Of a stretch of DNA of 64,000 bases, positions 14,022 to 27,641 are shown in pieces. The stretch covers positions 92,008,001-92,072,000 of the forward strand of contig OX597824.1 in NCBI GenBank assembly GCA_951406725.2, in the 5' to 3' direction. Under the pieces are notes generated by a model. The model saw only the letters and a list, made by a program, of their open reading frames with translations. It did no database searches and was not told the DNA's origin. Position numbers and translations under genes: made by a program. Position 1 is the stretch's first letter; the number at the start of each line of letters is the position of its first letter. The DNA is from Octopus vulgaris (lineage: Eukaryota).

Positions 14022-14381
14022 ATATATATATATATACGTAGATATATATACGTAAATATAAGAGAGTTAAGGTTAAGTGGTTAACTCTAGTGCTAGAAAT
14101 AGCTCCTTATTCTGGTATAGCCACCGAAGTTGTTTCCACAAAAGAAATAACATTAGCTTCAACGTAAGGAAAGCGAAGTACAACGAAAAGATAGATTAAT
14201 GCTGAACAATTGTTTCTTTATCAACATAATATGCAATTATACTCAGATATTTGTCTATAAGTCATCGTGAGAGTCTGATAAATTGTATCGAGAACAAATC
14301 CCCAATTGTTTGGGATCCTTCCTCACCTTCTCCGTAAAACTAAGTCTGATATATGTATACACACTCATACACTCAAACACA

Positions 14382-14463
<82 letters not shown>

Positions 14464-14716
14464 AATATATACAGAAATTATTTAGAATTAAATGTACGCC
14501 TAGTCCTGTTACGTACATAACTCCTCATTAGTCTTGAAAATCGAGTTTCCTTTCTGTATTGTTATTAGTAACTTGATACCATAAACTGTCCCCTAATGAC
14601 CCGTTCTGGATGAGCGTTTGTATGCAGGGCTCCAGATAACAATAGCGTCGGAACTCTCGTAAGCATTTTACTATAAAACCTGTATTTATCCTTATTTTTT
14701 CAAATATATATCTACA

Positions 14717-14750
<34 letters not shown>

Positions 14751-14761
14751 CATACATAAAT

Positions 14762-14798
<37 letters not shown>

Positions 14799-15104
14799 AC
14801 GTTTATGTATATAATTTGGAAGATTTCTATGTTGAAATCGTGTGTTGAAAGAAATATTGTTATATTTCGGGATGGCGATTTTTATCTTTTCTTTCTTTTT
14901 TTTTTTGTCAGGTAAACACACGCAATATTATTCGTTTTTCTTTTTTTTTCAGATTTATTACTTTTCTCATAATATGTCGTTTATCTGGAAATCTTTCGTC
15001 ACACGTCCTGAAGTGATGGACGAATATATAGTGTGGGTGTGTTTATTTAATGGCAAATGCGAAAGAAATTACCATCTCAAAATAAAATATAACAATATAT
15101 ATGT

Positions 15105-15157
<53 letters not shown>

Positions 15158-15823
15158 TATAGCTATATGTACATGTGTTTATATATATATGTATATATAT
15201 ACATGTATGTGTGTGCTTGCATGTAAAGACATAATTACATCTGTAACTATATGTTCATGTGTTTCTGTGTGTCTGTGTGTCCGTAAGCAAACGTGCGTGT
15301 GTGCACATGATGTCGGTGTTCGTGTCTGCATCTATAACTCTTGGACGACGCTATCAAAGATAAAGCGTGTAACATTATTTGCACATTATTTTAACAGATC
15401 AATATTTAGAGAAGCAGCGAAGTCATCACGATTTGAAATATTTGACATGATCTTGATCTTCGGTTTTATACACAATTCCGCTTCATTGAGGATCAATATT
15501 TCCGCTTGCAAAATACTTAAATATCAAAACATATGTACTCCCCCTCTCTTCCTTCTTTGTTAAATTATTCGATTGACAACACATCTTAATCGAACTCGAC
15601 GGAGCAAAATACAGTGCATATAGCATAATTCAATGATTCGCCTGTACAGAGAGGAGAACAACGATTTTCTTAAACAATGTGTAAAGACTGTTAGATGCTT
15701 AACCATCCTCATGATTGCCAATCTAATGTTTGTTGGCAATCAAACATACACCCACACTTGCATAGTCAATGGTACAAACACATACTGTATACGCACATGC
15801 ACAAACACACATATATATATATA

Positions 15824-16291
15824 CTAGCAGTATCGCCCGGCGTTGCTCGGGTTTCTAAGGGAAATAACTATAAAAGCAATTTTAGAGAGTTATAGCCAAA
15901 AAATAGCAAAAAAATGCATTAAAAATGATAGTAATTTTTTTTTTAAATCGTTGACTCATCGTAGACATTTTTAGAGCGTTACTTCCCTTATATAATAGCG
16001 ACAAAAATGCATTAAAATGGAAAAAAAATGATGGTAAATTTTTTTTAAATCGTTGACTCATCGTAGACATTTTTAGAGAGTTACTTCCCTTATATAATAG
16101 CGAAAAAATGCATTAAAATGGAAAAAAATCGTAGACTCATCGTAGACGCGCGCTAATACCCAGAAGGGCTCGATATGAATCACGACTATAAGATACCCGG
16201 TTTTTGTTTAAACTGCACGGCAAAATGTGGGAGTAGTTAGGAATCTAAATGGTAGGAGACAGACACATAACTTCACTTTTATATATAAAGA
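15824..16291 (-). mobile_element. Non-autonomous Helitron (about 470 bp)
   Basis: Minus strand begins A|TCTTTATATATAAAAG and ends with hairpin CCCGAGCAACGCCGGG, 9 nt, then CTAG|T: canonical 5'-TC, 3'-hairpin-CTAG and A|T target with no TSD. Contains an internal tandem repeat of about 100 bp. Confidence 0.85.
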
Positions 16292-18137
16292 TATATCCAC
16301 ATACATATATACGTACAGAGGTCTCCATCTTGACGTTAGCATTCTGTGTCTTATCCAATAAATGCCGTCCTAGTTACTGGTTAGTATAATTGTTAGAGGG
16401 TATAATTGTTAAAGAAATGCGCTGTGAGAGTTTCGGCTCTTTGCCCTTTCGCGGTCGAAGTACCAGTGAAATAGTGCGGTCAAAAATAACGATTTGTCCC
16501 TCTTCCCAACCTTTGTGGCTTTCTCCTTATAGCAGAAGTCATTTATGGTTGCCTGTGTAATGCTCTCTATCTGCTTTACTTCAATGCTCTCCTTTGTCAC
16601 TTGTTCGATTAATTTTTAAATTCATTTACAGGTTTATGTCGTGGACCGAAACTAATAAATAACAAGCTGAGATGCTGCGACCATATTAAAACAACCATAC
16701 TCTTATTTGAATCAGATGATCTATTTATCGAAATGCCAAGTTAAAATTCGGAATGACAGTATGAGATTTCACCATATTCATACAGCGATTTTACCGAGTA
16801 TTTTCCTGTAAAGATTATGCTCAAATGTTATGCTACATAATGTGGTCAATTACCCTCGATTTCATACGCAAGGTAAATTGTGGACATTATATGAGTGTAT
16901 TGTTTTAACTTATTAAAGATGAAGCTACTGCGCTGGCTAGACGGACAGGCCATCTATTATCTCTTTAGTTAGCTTCCAAACTCTAGTGAAAAGATTACGT
17001 GCTTGCATGCGTGAGCCAGACCCTCTGTAAGGTCATACGCCGAGGACCTTGCTAGCTTGGTTGGACCTACCAAAGCAGACCCCTCGCTACCATAACGTTC
17101 GAACAACTATTACCAATGTGGCACCTCTATGGGGTATTGATGTAGGATTTCGCAACAGGTCAAGATGGTCAAGAATGGTGCGATGAAGATGAAGATTGTG
17201 ACCAGTGGTGTATAAGAACATCACAAGGCCTGGTGGATACTTTGCTACATTTGTTTAAGCAATGCAGCAGTAAGACATATGATGTTAAATGTTTTTCTCC
17301 ATGTTAATAAACCTCATTTAGCATTTTCAATATCTCTGCAACAGGCATGCACCTTAGTGAGGACGGTTTTTACCTTCCAAATTTATAGATTTCTTTTTAC
17401 AAGATATTATTTTTGCACTGCACACTTGGGCTGTACGTGCAATTTCTCCTTTGATAAAGCATTCAGCTTCTTCACAAGTTTGGTGTATAATACATCTAGT
17501 ACATTTTTAAGAATTCAAAGTATAGCGTTTTGCTTAAACTTTGCAGTATTTGATTTCTGGAAGAGATAGTTTTTATCAGTGGTGCCTATAATAACATCAT
17601 AATCTCCCTCCGTAGCGCATTTATGTTGCATTCATACACATTTAAATTACTTTTTCCACTTTTGCTTTCATCGAAAAGAATGGAATAGTTACTGCGTGTT
17701 CCTTTGTATTAAGCGAACAAATGTTTTCTGTAAGATTTCCCACTACTTTACACAAACGTCTTTGTATTTCTGTTTAACTATGTGTCTACCATTTCTGTTT
17801 GTGTTTAGACACAAAAATAAAACATTGCTTACAAATTCCTTACGCAGGTTCCGTTCGATCCGTCGAACCAAACACGTCAGTAGATAGGAAAATAATAAGA
17901 CTGACTCCAAGTGCTACAAACGCTGTAAATGATGCTACCAAGTTTATCATTGGGGTGCGGAGAGGCGTCTGGAGCGTATTACATTTAAGCCTCAAGTGTA
18001 ACCGCGTACGATAGATGAACCATCTAGAATAGCGACCGAAGGTATGTAACCCCTATCCATTAATCTTTCTACGCTACAAACATCGGAATCGGTACAGCAA
18101 CACACACACACGCCTACGATCACGCAGATAGGCGTGT

Positions 18138-18176
<39 letters not shown>

Positions 18177-18365
18177 TATATATAGCAATATTGGACATTG
18201 TTTTTATGAGAAGTTGTATATAAAATCATTTTACAGGAAGCTAAATATACATTCAATACTTTTTATTGAGTTAAACATATTGAGTTTTCCACGGAAAATG
18301 TTAAAAGTGACTTCGAAGTATCGCGTGGCTATGTATGTGTGTGTGTGTGTGTAAATAGACGTGCG

Positions 18366-18432
<67 letters not shown>

Positions 18433-18577
18433 GCATGTATATACATACAAACTTGCACATATACATTGGTTTGAATCATTCTATAACTTCTGCTGGTTAT
18501 TAATAAAGAGACGAACACACACTCACACACATACATATATATATATATACATACATGCATACATATATATATATATA

Positions 18578-18659
<82 letters not shown>

Positions 18660-19200
18660 GTATATTTATAAATATATATACATGTTTTATAGAGATGAGG
18701 TCGGATACATGCAAAGGTGGGAAGCGAAGGAGAAGGGTGAGAAGGTGGGAATAGCTTCAGAGATAAGCAAGATATAAGCGTGCCAAATGTAGAAGGTGAG
18801 TTAGATGTGTGCGAAACGTAATCAAGTTTGTCATGCTTATAAGAAACAGGGTTACATTCCGGGTCTTACGTTCTCCTTCAATATATTATAAATTCGAACG
18901 TCAGGTCCAGATACGTATAATCGTGTATTCCATATTATGTGTGAGGGGGCATATGTTGTGTGTTCAGAAGAGCACGAGCACACATATGCCTCCTACCACA
19001 CACGCAAAGTTATGTAAATATAGGAATACGTGAAAATATATGTGATTCAGCGTGGGTATGTTGCCAGGTCTCTATAAGTAATAAGCTACCATATCAGGAA
19101 TACATATTTTAAGCATAAAATATATTTAGAGATTTATGAGAGGAAACCTAATCAGAAAACAAGTAAACTGCCCCTCCTCACCCTTTCTACCACTTTTACT

Positions 19201-19905
<705 letters not shown>

Positions 19906-19936
19906 GTCTGTCTGTCGGTCTGTCTGTCTGTTTATC

Positions 19937-20510
19937 GATCCTTCCTTCAAACGGAAGGAAAGCTATTTTCATCATCCTTGTGGCTATGGCGAAGAATGTA
20001 TCTGGTGGACGCGTCTGAAAGGATTGGAGACAAACACTTTCCTCTGGTCAATCTCTATCAACTTTTCAAGTACCACTTGAAAGGAAAGTGAAGTAGAGAG
20101 AAGTTTTTGATGTTTTAAAAAGATGGGTGAATGTGCAAGAATGGCACGTATGAATGCAAGCCACCTTGAGATGTCCTATAACCAGAAATCGAAAACAGAG
20201 TTGCTTATTTGCAAAAAAAAAAAAATATAAATGTGACATCATTGACGAGGTTACCGTGGTCTTTTCCGTAGGCTTTTCTTTGCACGGGTAACTCCCGTCT
20301 CCCTTTACATCATATGACATTTCTGTGATAACGATCCCTATTGATCAATTTTTTCCTCCCCCCTTTTTTAAACCCCTTTTTGTCCTCTTCTTTTACGATC
20401 CTTTGATCGAAACTCCCTTCCTTCTTTTTTTTTCTTTCAACCTTCAAAGAGCTCTACCTTGTAATTTGTTCTATCTGTGTGCAGCCCTGTGTGGCTAATA
20501 AAGAAACATA
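19937..20510 (+). mobile_element. L1/Tx1-like LINE 3' fragment with AATAAA, within (CTAT)n
   Basis: Frameshifted peptide AIFIILVAMAK/ECIWWTRLKGLETNTFL/..KYHLK../FKKRWVNV resembles the Tx1 ORF2 C-terminal AK-x-x-IW-x-x-R ... F-x-x-RW pattern. Followed by a pyrimidine-rich 3' UTR and AATAAA at about 20497. Confidence 0.6.
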
Positions 20511-20559
20511 TCTAAATAGCTATCTATCTATCTATCTATCTATCTCTTAATCTATCTAC

Positions 20560-20594
<35 letters not shown>

Positions 20595-20837
20595 GCTAGC
20601 TAGCTAGCTATCTATCTGTCTGTCTCTCTGTCTATATATCAATCTATCTATCTATCTATATATCTATCTATCTCTATCTATCTATTTATTTAGCTATCTA
20701 TCTATCAATTTATCTATCTGCTTGCCTGTCTGTCTTTGTTTATCTAGTTATCTCTCTTTCTATCTTTATGCATGTATGTGCGTAAATAGGTACATATATA
20801 TACAAAGAAACAGAAACAGAGAAAGGTAGAGTGAGAT

Positions 20838-20883
<46 letters not shown>

Positions 20884-21369
20884 CAAGACTGAGATAGAGA
20901 AAGGCATATGGAAGCCTTGCACTCACACATAATCAAATGCAAACGAATATTCGAAAGCAATATGGACGTTCTAATAATGTCCATATATCAGGTGTCGATG
21001 ACAGAATAAGAATTTTTGAAACAATTCTACTTTTCGTAAGTGATCCATCAGCAGATTCCTTGCTCGAAGCCATTCCAAAACAGAGGAATTAGAGAAATAC
21101 AGAAGTAGTGATGATATCTTCTGTAGCACAACAGCTGTTGTTGATTAGCCGTACATTCTACCTGATCACAGATACCTGTGATGAATAGATTGAAGTAGTT
21201 ATAAAGGACTTTATTATATAATGCCTCGTGCTAGAGAGTAATTCGAAGATTTGACTGCACCGACCGCACTGAATGGGGAGCGACCGCGATTTGAGGTTGA
21301 TACATATCACAATATTACGAAAGAGTCACATTGAAATTAAAAAAAATCAGGTACGCACACATATATGTA

Positions 21370-21451
<82 letters not shown>

Positions 21452-21453
<2 letters not shown>

Positions 21454-22276
21454 CAATATAGGGTAGCAAAAAAATTCAGCAGAAATTATTTTGCTACCAG
21501 CGGTCTAGTGAGAAAAAAGGAAATAGTCAGAGACTATTTATAAATTCAACAGCAAAATTAAGGAACGGCCATAATAGGCCGTTCAACCCACTAGAAATAA
21601 CAGCCAAGGCTTCAACCGCAAAATAGTAGTAATTCCGTAAATCAGGAGAAAATTAAAAAATCAGGAGAAACAGGGTAAATGTTTTTTAATCTTCTCCTGA
21701 TTTACGGAATTACTACTATTTTGCGGTTGAAGCCTTGGCTGTTATTTCTAGTGGGTTGAACGGCCTATTATGGCCGTTCCTTAATTTTGCTGTTGAATTT
21801 ATAAATAGTCTCTGACTATTTCTTTTTTTCTCACTAGACCGCTGGTAGCAAAATAATTTCTGCTGAATTTTTTTGCTACCCTATATTGATTAATTATGAA
21901 TTTTCTGTTTAATTCCGAAATGGAATCGGCAGCTTATATTTGCTGCCGATAAATTGGCGCGAGTACGATGATTTTGAAAATTTTAGATTAGATATTGCCG
22001 AAGCGGTAGTGGTGCTGCCTCGTGTAAATATCTCTCCCTCCTGGCTTACTTTACTGATGAATCTGTTGACCTATGGAAGATTAACTTGATTTAATTTAAT
22101 CAGGCTGATTTACCATTAAAAAACGATGAAACAATGCATTGTATAAAGTGAAACAGGGTAAATGTTTTTTTAATTTTCTCCTGATTTACGGAATTACTAC
22201 TATTTTGCGGTTGAAGCCTTGGCTGTTATTTCTAGTGGGTTGAACGGCCTATTATGGCCGTTCCTTAATTTTGCTG
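21452..22276 (+). mobile_element. Non-autonomous Penelope/retrozyme-like element: 209-bp inverted copy + 483-bp unit + 127-bp direct repeat, flanked by (TA)n
   Basis: 21452-21660 is the reverse complement of 21682-21890; 22150-22276 repeats 21667-21793; hammerhead at 22048-22149; (TA)n on both sides; no ORF. Confidence 0.75.
22048..22149 (+). ncRNA. Type I hammerhead ribozyme with extended stem II
   Basis: acttta CTGATGA [67-nt hairpin] GAA ACAATGCATTGT A taaagt: 6-bp perfect stem I, invariant core, 12-nt palindromic stem III, GUA cleavage triplet (cut after 22143). Confidence 0.8.
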
Positions 22277-22343
<67 letters not shown>

Positions 22344-22409
22344 ACACACACACATACGCACATATATATATGTCTCTAATTAATATTATATATATATATA
22401 ATGGTGCCC

Positions 22410-22782
22410 TGTTAACAATTTTTAAACTAAAAGGCAAAAATATATACGTCACTAAAGCAACTGAATGGGCTATTCAGCACCAGTGTTGCTAGAAATAAGA
22501 GTTAAACAACTCATAGTCACAATAACGCACCGTCTTATTTACTGACAAAGGAGGCGAGCTCCCTAATCACTGGGCATAGCCAGATCACCAGTGATTTCTC
22601 GTTTACATTGACGCACATCAGAGGCCCTCACTGGCGCCTTCGTCTAAACTCATTTCGCTTGTAAGATTACCGTAGAAACCATACGCTGATTTCATAAACA
22701 GAAAAAGGTGTAAATTATAAATAATAAGGGAGAATTGTTAGCAATTTTTCAACCGAAAGGCAAAAATATATACGTCACTAAA
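22410..22782 (-). mobile_element. About 326-bp unit with 46-bp terminal direct repeat and a decayed hammerhead (22578-22626)
   Basis: tgtta(a/g)caattttt..aaaggcaaaaatatatacgtcactaaa at 22410 and 22736. Minus strand reads ggcct CTGATGT gcgt-caatgtaa-acga GAA ATCACTGGTGAT C tggct. Confidence 0.5.
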
Positions 22783-22801
22783 TTTTTGCATATGTGCGTG
22801 C

Positions 22802-22860
<59 letters not shown>

Positions 22861-22937
22861 TGCACGTGCGTGAAGTGTTCAAATTTGCCTCACTGAGGCA
22901 ATCATATATGTAGTGGACATCAGTCCGTGAAGGAGGA

Positions 22938-23270
22938 ATGGCCCATTATTTAAGGCAGTGGACTCGCGTCCGTAGGATCACGGTTTCGATTCCCAGACCA
23001 GGCGTTGTGATTGTTTATTGAGCGAAAAAACCTAAAATTATTTCCCCACAACTTACTCTCACTCTTTCTTCCTGTTCCTGCTGTACCTGTATTTCAAAGG
23101 GCCAGCTTTGTAACACTGTGTGTTACGCTGAATCTCCCCGAGAGCTACGTTAATGGTACACGTGTGACTGTGGAGTACCCAGCCACTTGCACGTCAATTT
23201 CACAATAAAGCTGTTCTGATAATCGAATCAACTGGAACCCTCGTCGTCGCAACCGACGGAGTGCCACGAC
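22938..23270 (+). mobile_element. SINE family C (tRNA-derived head)
   Basis: Head tggccca.t..tta.ggcag.ggactcgcg...ggtttcgattcc and tail gaaccctcgtcgtcg.aaccgacggagt.ccacg shared with 57520-57895. Confidence 0.85.
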
Positions 23271-24529
23271 AATGACGAGACATCAGTCCAAGAATCCCAG
23301 ACATCTCGTACAATTTTCACCTTGTAATTTATCGGAATTTCTACAGCAAACAATTTCCGAAAATCTTTTAACAAATTTAAACTTTTCTCGACGATTATTG
23401 ATTTCGTAATTCTGTTATTCCTTTTTTTCTTTTTACCGAAAAAAAAAAAAATCGCTGTTGCATAATACTTTTCTTTGTGTAAAATTTTCTATTTTGTGTA
23501 TCGTTTAGTTTGTTTACTTTGATTTTTGTACTCGTAAAATACTTTGATGTTCTTTTTTCTTTTTACATTTGCACCTTTTTTATGCTTTCTTTCCTGCTGC
23601 GGTTGTTTCAACGCGTGCTTTTCTTGTTATTTGTTTTAACCTTTCAATCGATACACATCTTTTCTGCTTATTATTTATGTTCTTATTTCTGCATACCTCG
23701 TCGCCATTTTGTTGATATAGCTGTAGTTGTTACAACTTGATATGTTCTCTCTAGATTTCGATATTTCCAGCTTTGCATTGCTGTCTTTGTTGTTGTTGAT
23801 ATTGATGTTATTTATGCTATTGTATAGCATTTAGCTGGTTTGTTTTGCAACGTGTCGTCCATTTGATGGTTTTTGTTCTTGAAGTTTTTTTTGTTCTTAG
23901 TTGTTGTTATTACTTATTGTTGCTTCTGCTGATGTTCTGCTGCTGCGTTTCGTCGTATATTTGCTTTTATTTCTAATGTTTGGATGTTCTTAGATATAAA
24001 TTTGTTTCCCCAAATTATATATTGCTGTTTATATTTCGCCCGGGATGGTTGCGTGGCTAAGAATCGTGCCTTGCAACCATATGGCTTCTCATGCTGTTAC
24101 ACACTGCAGTATCTTGGGCAAGTATCTTTTATAAAATTCCAATGGATAAGATAAAAATCCTTCCCAAGTCATATAGACTCAGAAGACATGTTTCTCAGTT
24201 TCCGTGTAACTTATATTCCCCGCGCGCCTCCGTCAAAGGATTTCTGATTTTTTTCCAGCTGAGTTGAGAGGAGCAGCCTGATGTTAAATGTTTTGCTCAT
24301 AACCACAACGCGTCGTTTGCTCCAGGAATCGAAACCACAACCTTACAATCATGAATCACAAAATCCTACCCACTTCCACACACACTGGACTGAATAATGA
24401 CTTGCGAGTGAACATTTTAGGCGGAAACTATGTGGAATCCCGTTAAGGATTGCAGTCATTATGTTCAGGGTATTTTGCTTGATGTTGATTCCACAGATAT
24501 ATTTATTATTTAAATAATATTTTGCTACT

Positions 24530-24915
24530 TTAGGCACATGACCAAAATTGTTGGGGAGGGGGCAGTCGATTAGATCACCCCCAGTACGCAACTGGTGCTT
24601 AATTTATCGACCCTAAAAGGATTAAAAGCACAGTCAACCTCGGTGGAATTTGAACTCAGAACGCAAATAGAGACAAAATACCCATTTCTTTACTACCCAC
24701 AAGGGACTAAACACAGAGGGGACAAACAAGGACAGACAAACGGATTAAATCGATTATATCGACACCAGTGTGTAACTGGTACTTAATTTTATAGACCCCG
24801 AAAGGATGAAAGGCAAATTCGACCTCAGCGGAATTTGAACTCAGAATGTAACGGCAGACGAAATACCGCAAAGCATTTTGCCCGGCGTGATAACGTTTCT
24901 GCCAGCTCGCTACCT
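24530..24915 (-). mobile_element. SINE family B, dimeric copy
   Basis: Core aatttatcgaccc..aaaggat.aaa.gca.a.tc.acctc.g.ggaatttgaactcagaa occurs twice; ends tttctgccagctcgc (the head on the minus strand). Confidence 0.88.
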
Positions 24916-25242
24916 TTCCACAGATTATTTTGGCGGCGTTAATCTTATTGAGATGCTTTTTAGTGAGCCATGTACTCTGTCCGGAGAGAATTCTGTTTGT
25001 GTTGTGCTTTTGAATGGAAATACCGTGCATAGGATGTAGATAATATTTAACTATTATCTGGAGTGTGTTTAACATTGCCATCGCTGCAATAGCTTGGATT
25101 TTTGCGTTCATATGTTTATCATATCACCTATTGTGAATAGTGTTTTTATTTGTTTCTCTCCAATTCCTGTTTATTCCCAATTGAAGATTGTTTTAATTTG
25201 ACTCTTTCACTACATTCTCTCAGCAATATTTTCATCAGAATA

Positions 25243-25670
25243 AGGCGGTGAGCTGGCAGAAACGTCTGTCTGTCCTTGTTTGTCTCCTCTGTGTTTGGTC
25301 CCTTGTGGGTAGTAGAGAAATAGGTATTTCGTCTACCGTTACGTTCTGAGTTCAAATTCCGCCGAGGCTGACTTTGCCTGTCTTCCTTTCGGGGTCGATA
25401 AATTAAGCACCAATTACTCACTTGGTCGATGTAATCGACTTAATTTGTCTGTCCTTGTTTGTTTCCTCTGTGTGTAGCCTCTTGTGGGCAGTAAAGAACT
25501 AAGAAACGTTAGTACACGAGGCGAAATGCTTAGCGGTATTTCATCTGTCTTTACATCCCGAATCCAAATTCTGTCGAGGTCGACTTTGCCTTTCATCCTT
25601 CCGGGGTCAATAAATTAAATACCAGTTGCGTACTGAGGTCGATCTAATCGACTGGTTCCCCTCCCCAAAC
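25243..25670 (+). mobile_element. SINE family B, dimeric/rearranged copy
   Basis: Starts ggcggtgagctggcagaaacg; B-box-like gagttcaaattcc; core occurs twice. Confidence 0.88.
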
Positions 25671-26544
25671 TTAACACCACTTATAATATATTGCGCGAAG
25701 AAAAAAATATGCAACAGCTCGATATCTTTTTCTTTTTTTATTTGTTTCAGGAAATAGAAATAAGGAATAACAGAATTACGGAATCAAGAATTGTTGAGAA
25801 AAGTTTGTCCCTAGTGAAGAAAAGAATATTTTCCTCAGAATAGATTGAGAGATGGATCACATTTCATATACAGGCAGTTTGCATCGAGCAAATTTTCTGG
25901 GTACACAATGTGAATTTTATACCATTCCCTCGAAATTGTGGGCTTGAACCTTAAACCGGATCGAACTCTCAAGCAGAGGAAATGTCGTATTCTCGGATTT
26001 TTATACACTACAGAATTCAGATAACCGACCTGATGCATCCGAGAGCTCGAGACAAAACTATATACATGCAGAGACAACATATAATAGGGGCGTTGTGCGT
26101 GTGTGTATATGTGTGTGTATATGATCTCGCGAGCGTGTGTATAGCGATAATGTATATTTATAACGACACACGTCAAACATTATCTGCAGCTATACGTAAT
26201 AAGAAACTCTCAAATTCTCAGCTGCCATAAATCAATTCCACATTGTATAATTCCTGGCTTCTGACGAACACAGAAAATGTCATAAAATCCTCGCAGTAAA
26301 AAAACAAAAGCCATAACAATGATGGCAGTCCTACAAATAAGTGTTTAATAAAAGATCTGCCACACGTCGCCTGGAATACAGACTAATCAGAAATAAAGAT
26401 CAATAAAATTCGTCGACGATAATAACCATTAACATGACTAAAGCCAACTCCTGCAAAATAAACTGTGTGTAGACACATACACAGGATATAAAAAAAACAG
26501 GATATACATATACATATATATTTATATAAATATATATATATAAT

Positions 26545-26701
<157 letters not shown>

Positions 26702-26897
26702 TTTATTACACATTGCAGCCACTGTATGCAAACAAATTATGTTCAAAGAGAAATTATCAGAGAATATGTATACAAATTGTGTAATCTATCTGCCTGTCTG
26801 TTTACCTGTCTGTCTTTTTGTCTGTATGTATATATTATGTCTGTATGTCGGTCCGGCTGCCTGTCTTTCTGTCAATCTATCTATCTATCTATCTACG

Positions 26898-26965
<68 letters not shown>

Positions 26966-26974
26966 CATCCATCC

Positions 26975-27071
<97 letters not shown>

Positions 27072-27204
27072 GTGTATATGGGTGTGTTGACGCGCTTATA
27101 TGGTTGGCGTGAATGTGTGTTGATGCGAGCATGAGCATCTGTGCATGGGCGCCTCCGCGCACGCCCCCTGATATATATGCATGAATGGACATGTTCCCGG
27201 GCAC

Positions 27205-27329
27205 ACACATATATATTTGCGCTTGCGCACACACAGACACACATACATTCAGCTACACACACAAACACACATATCCACACATGCAAATCATTCATATGAA
27301 CACGCATGCGCACGCTCCCACTACATATA

Positions 27330-27378
<49 letters not shown>

Positions 27379-27505
27379 ATATATATGTGGTGAGGGCGTG
27401 CGCATGCGTGTTCATATGAATGATTTGCATGTGTGGATGTGTGTTTGTGTGTGTAGCTGAATGCATGTGTGTGTGTGTGCGCAAGCTCAAGTATATATAT
27501 ATATA
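27205..27505. repeat. Inverted repeat, arms of about 120 bp around a (TA)/(TG) spacer
   Basis: gcttgcgcacac...cattcagctacacacacaaacacac..atccacacatgcaaatcattcatatgaacacgcatgcgcacgc is present as reverse complement at 27385-27495. Confidence 0.9.
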
Positions 27506-27641
27506 TATACATGAACGTATATGCGCGTGTGCACAAACATTGACAGGCACAAACAATCATGCATGCACATGCACGCACACACACACATACACACACATCT
27601 ACTTATGCGTATTCATTCATACGTACGATGCAAGCATGCAT

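Noticed and set aside
14590-14665. ctaatga...ggaactctcgta hammerhead-like spacing
   Set aside because: Two core mismatches and no stem I.
16409-16600. 63-aa minus-strand ORF
   Set aside because: Its 3' half looks like a decayed SINE B core; no recognisable domain.
26256-26285. CTGACGA-acaca-GAAAA-tgtc
   Set aside because: No stem I or stem II pairing; expected by chance.
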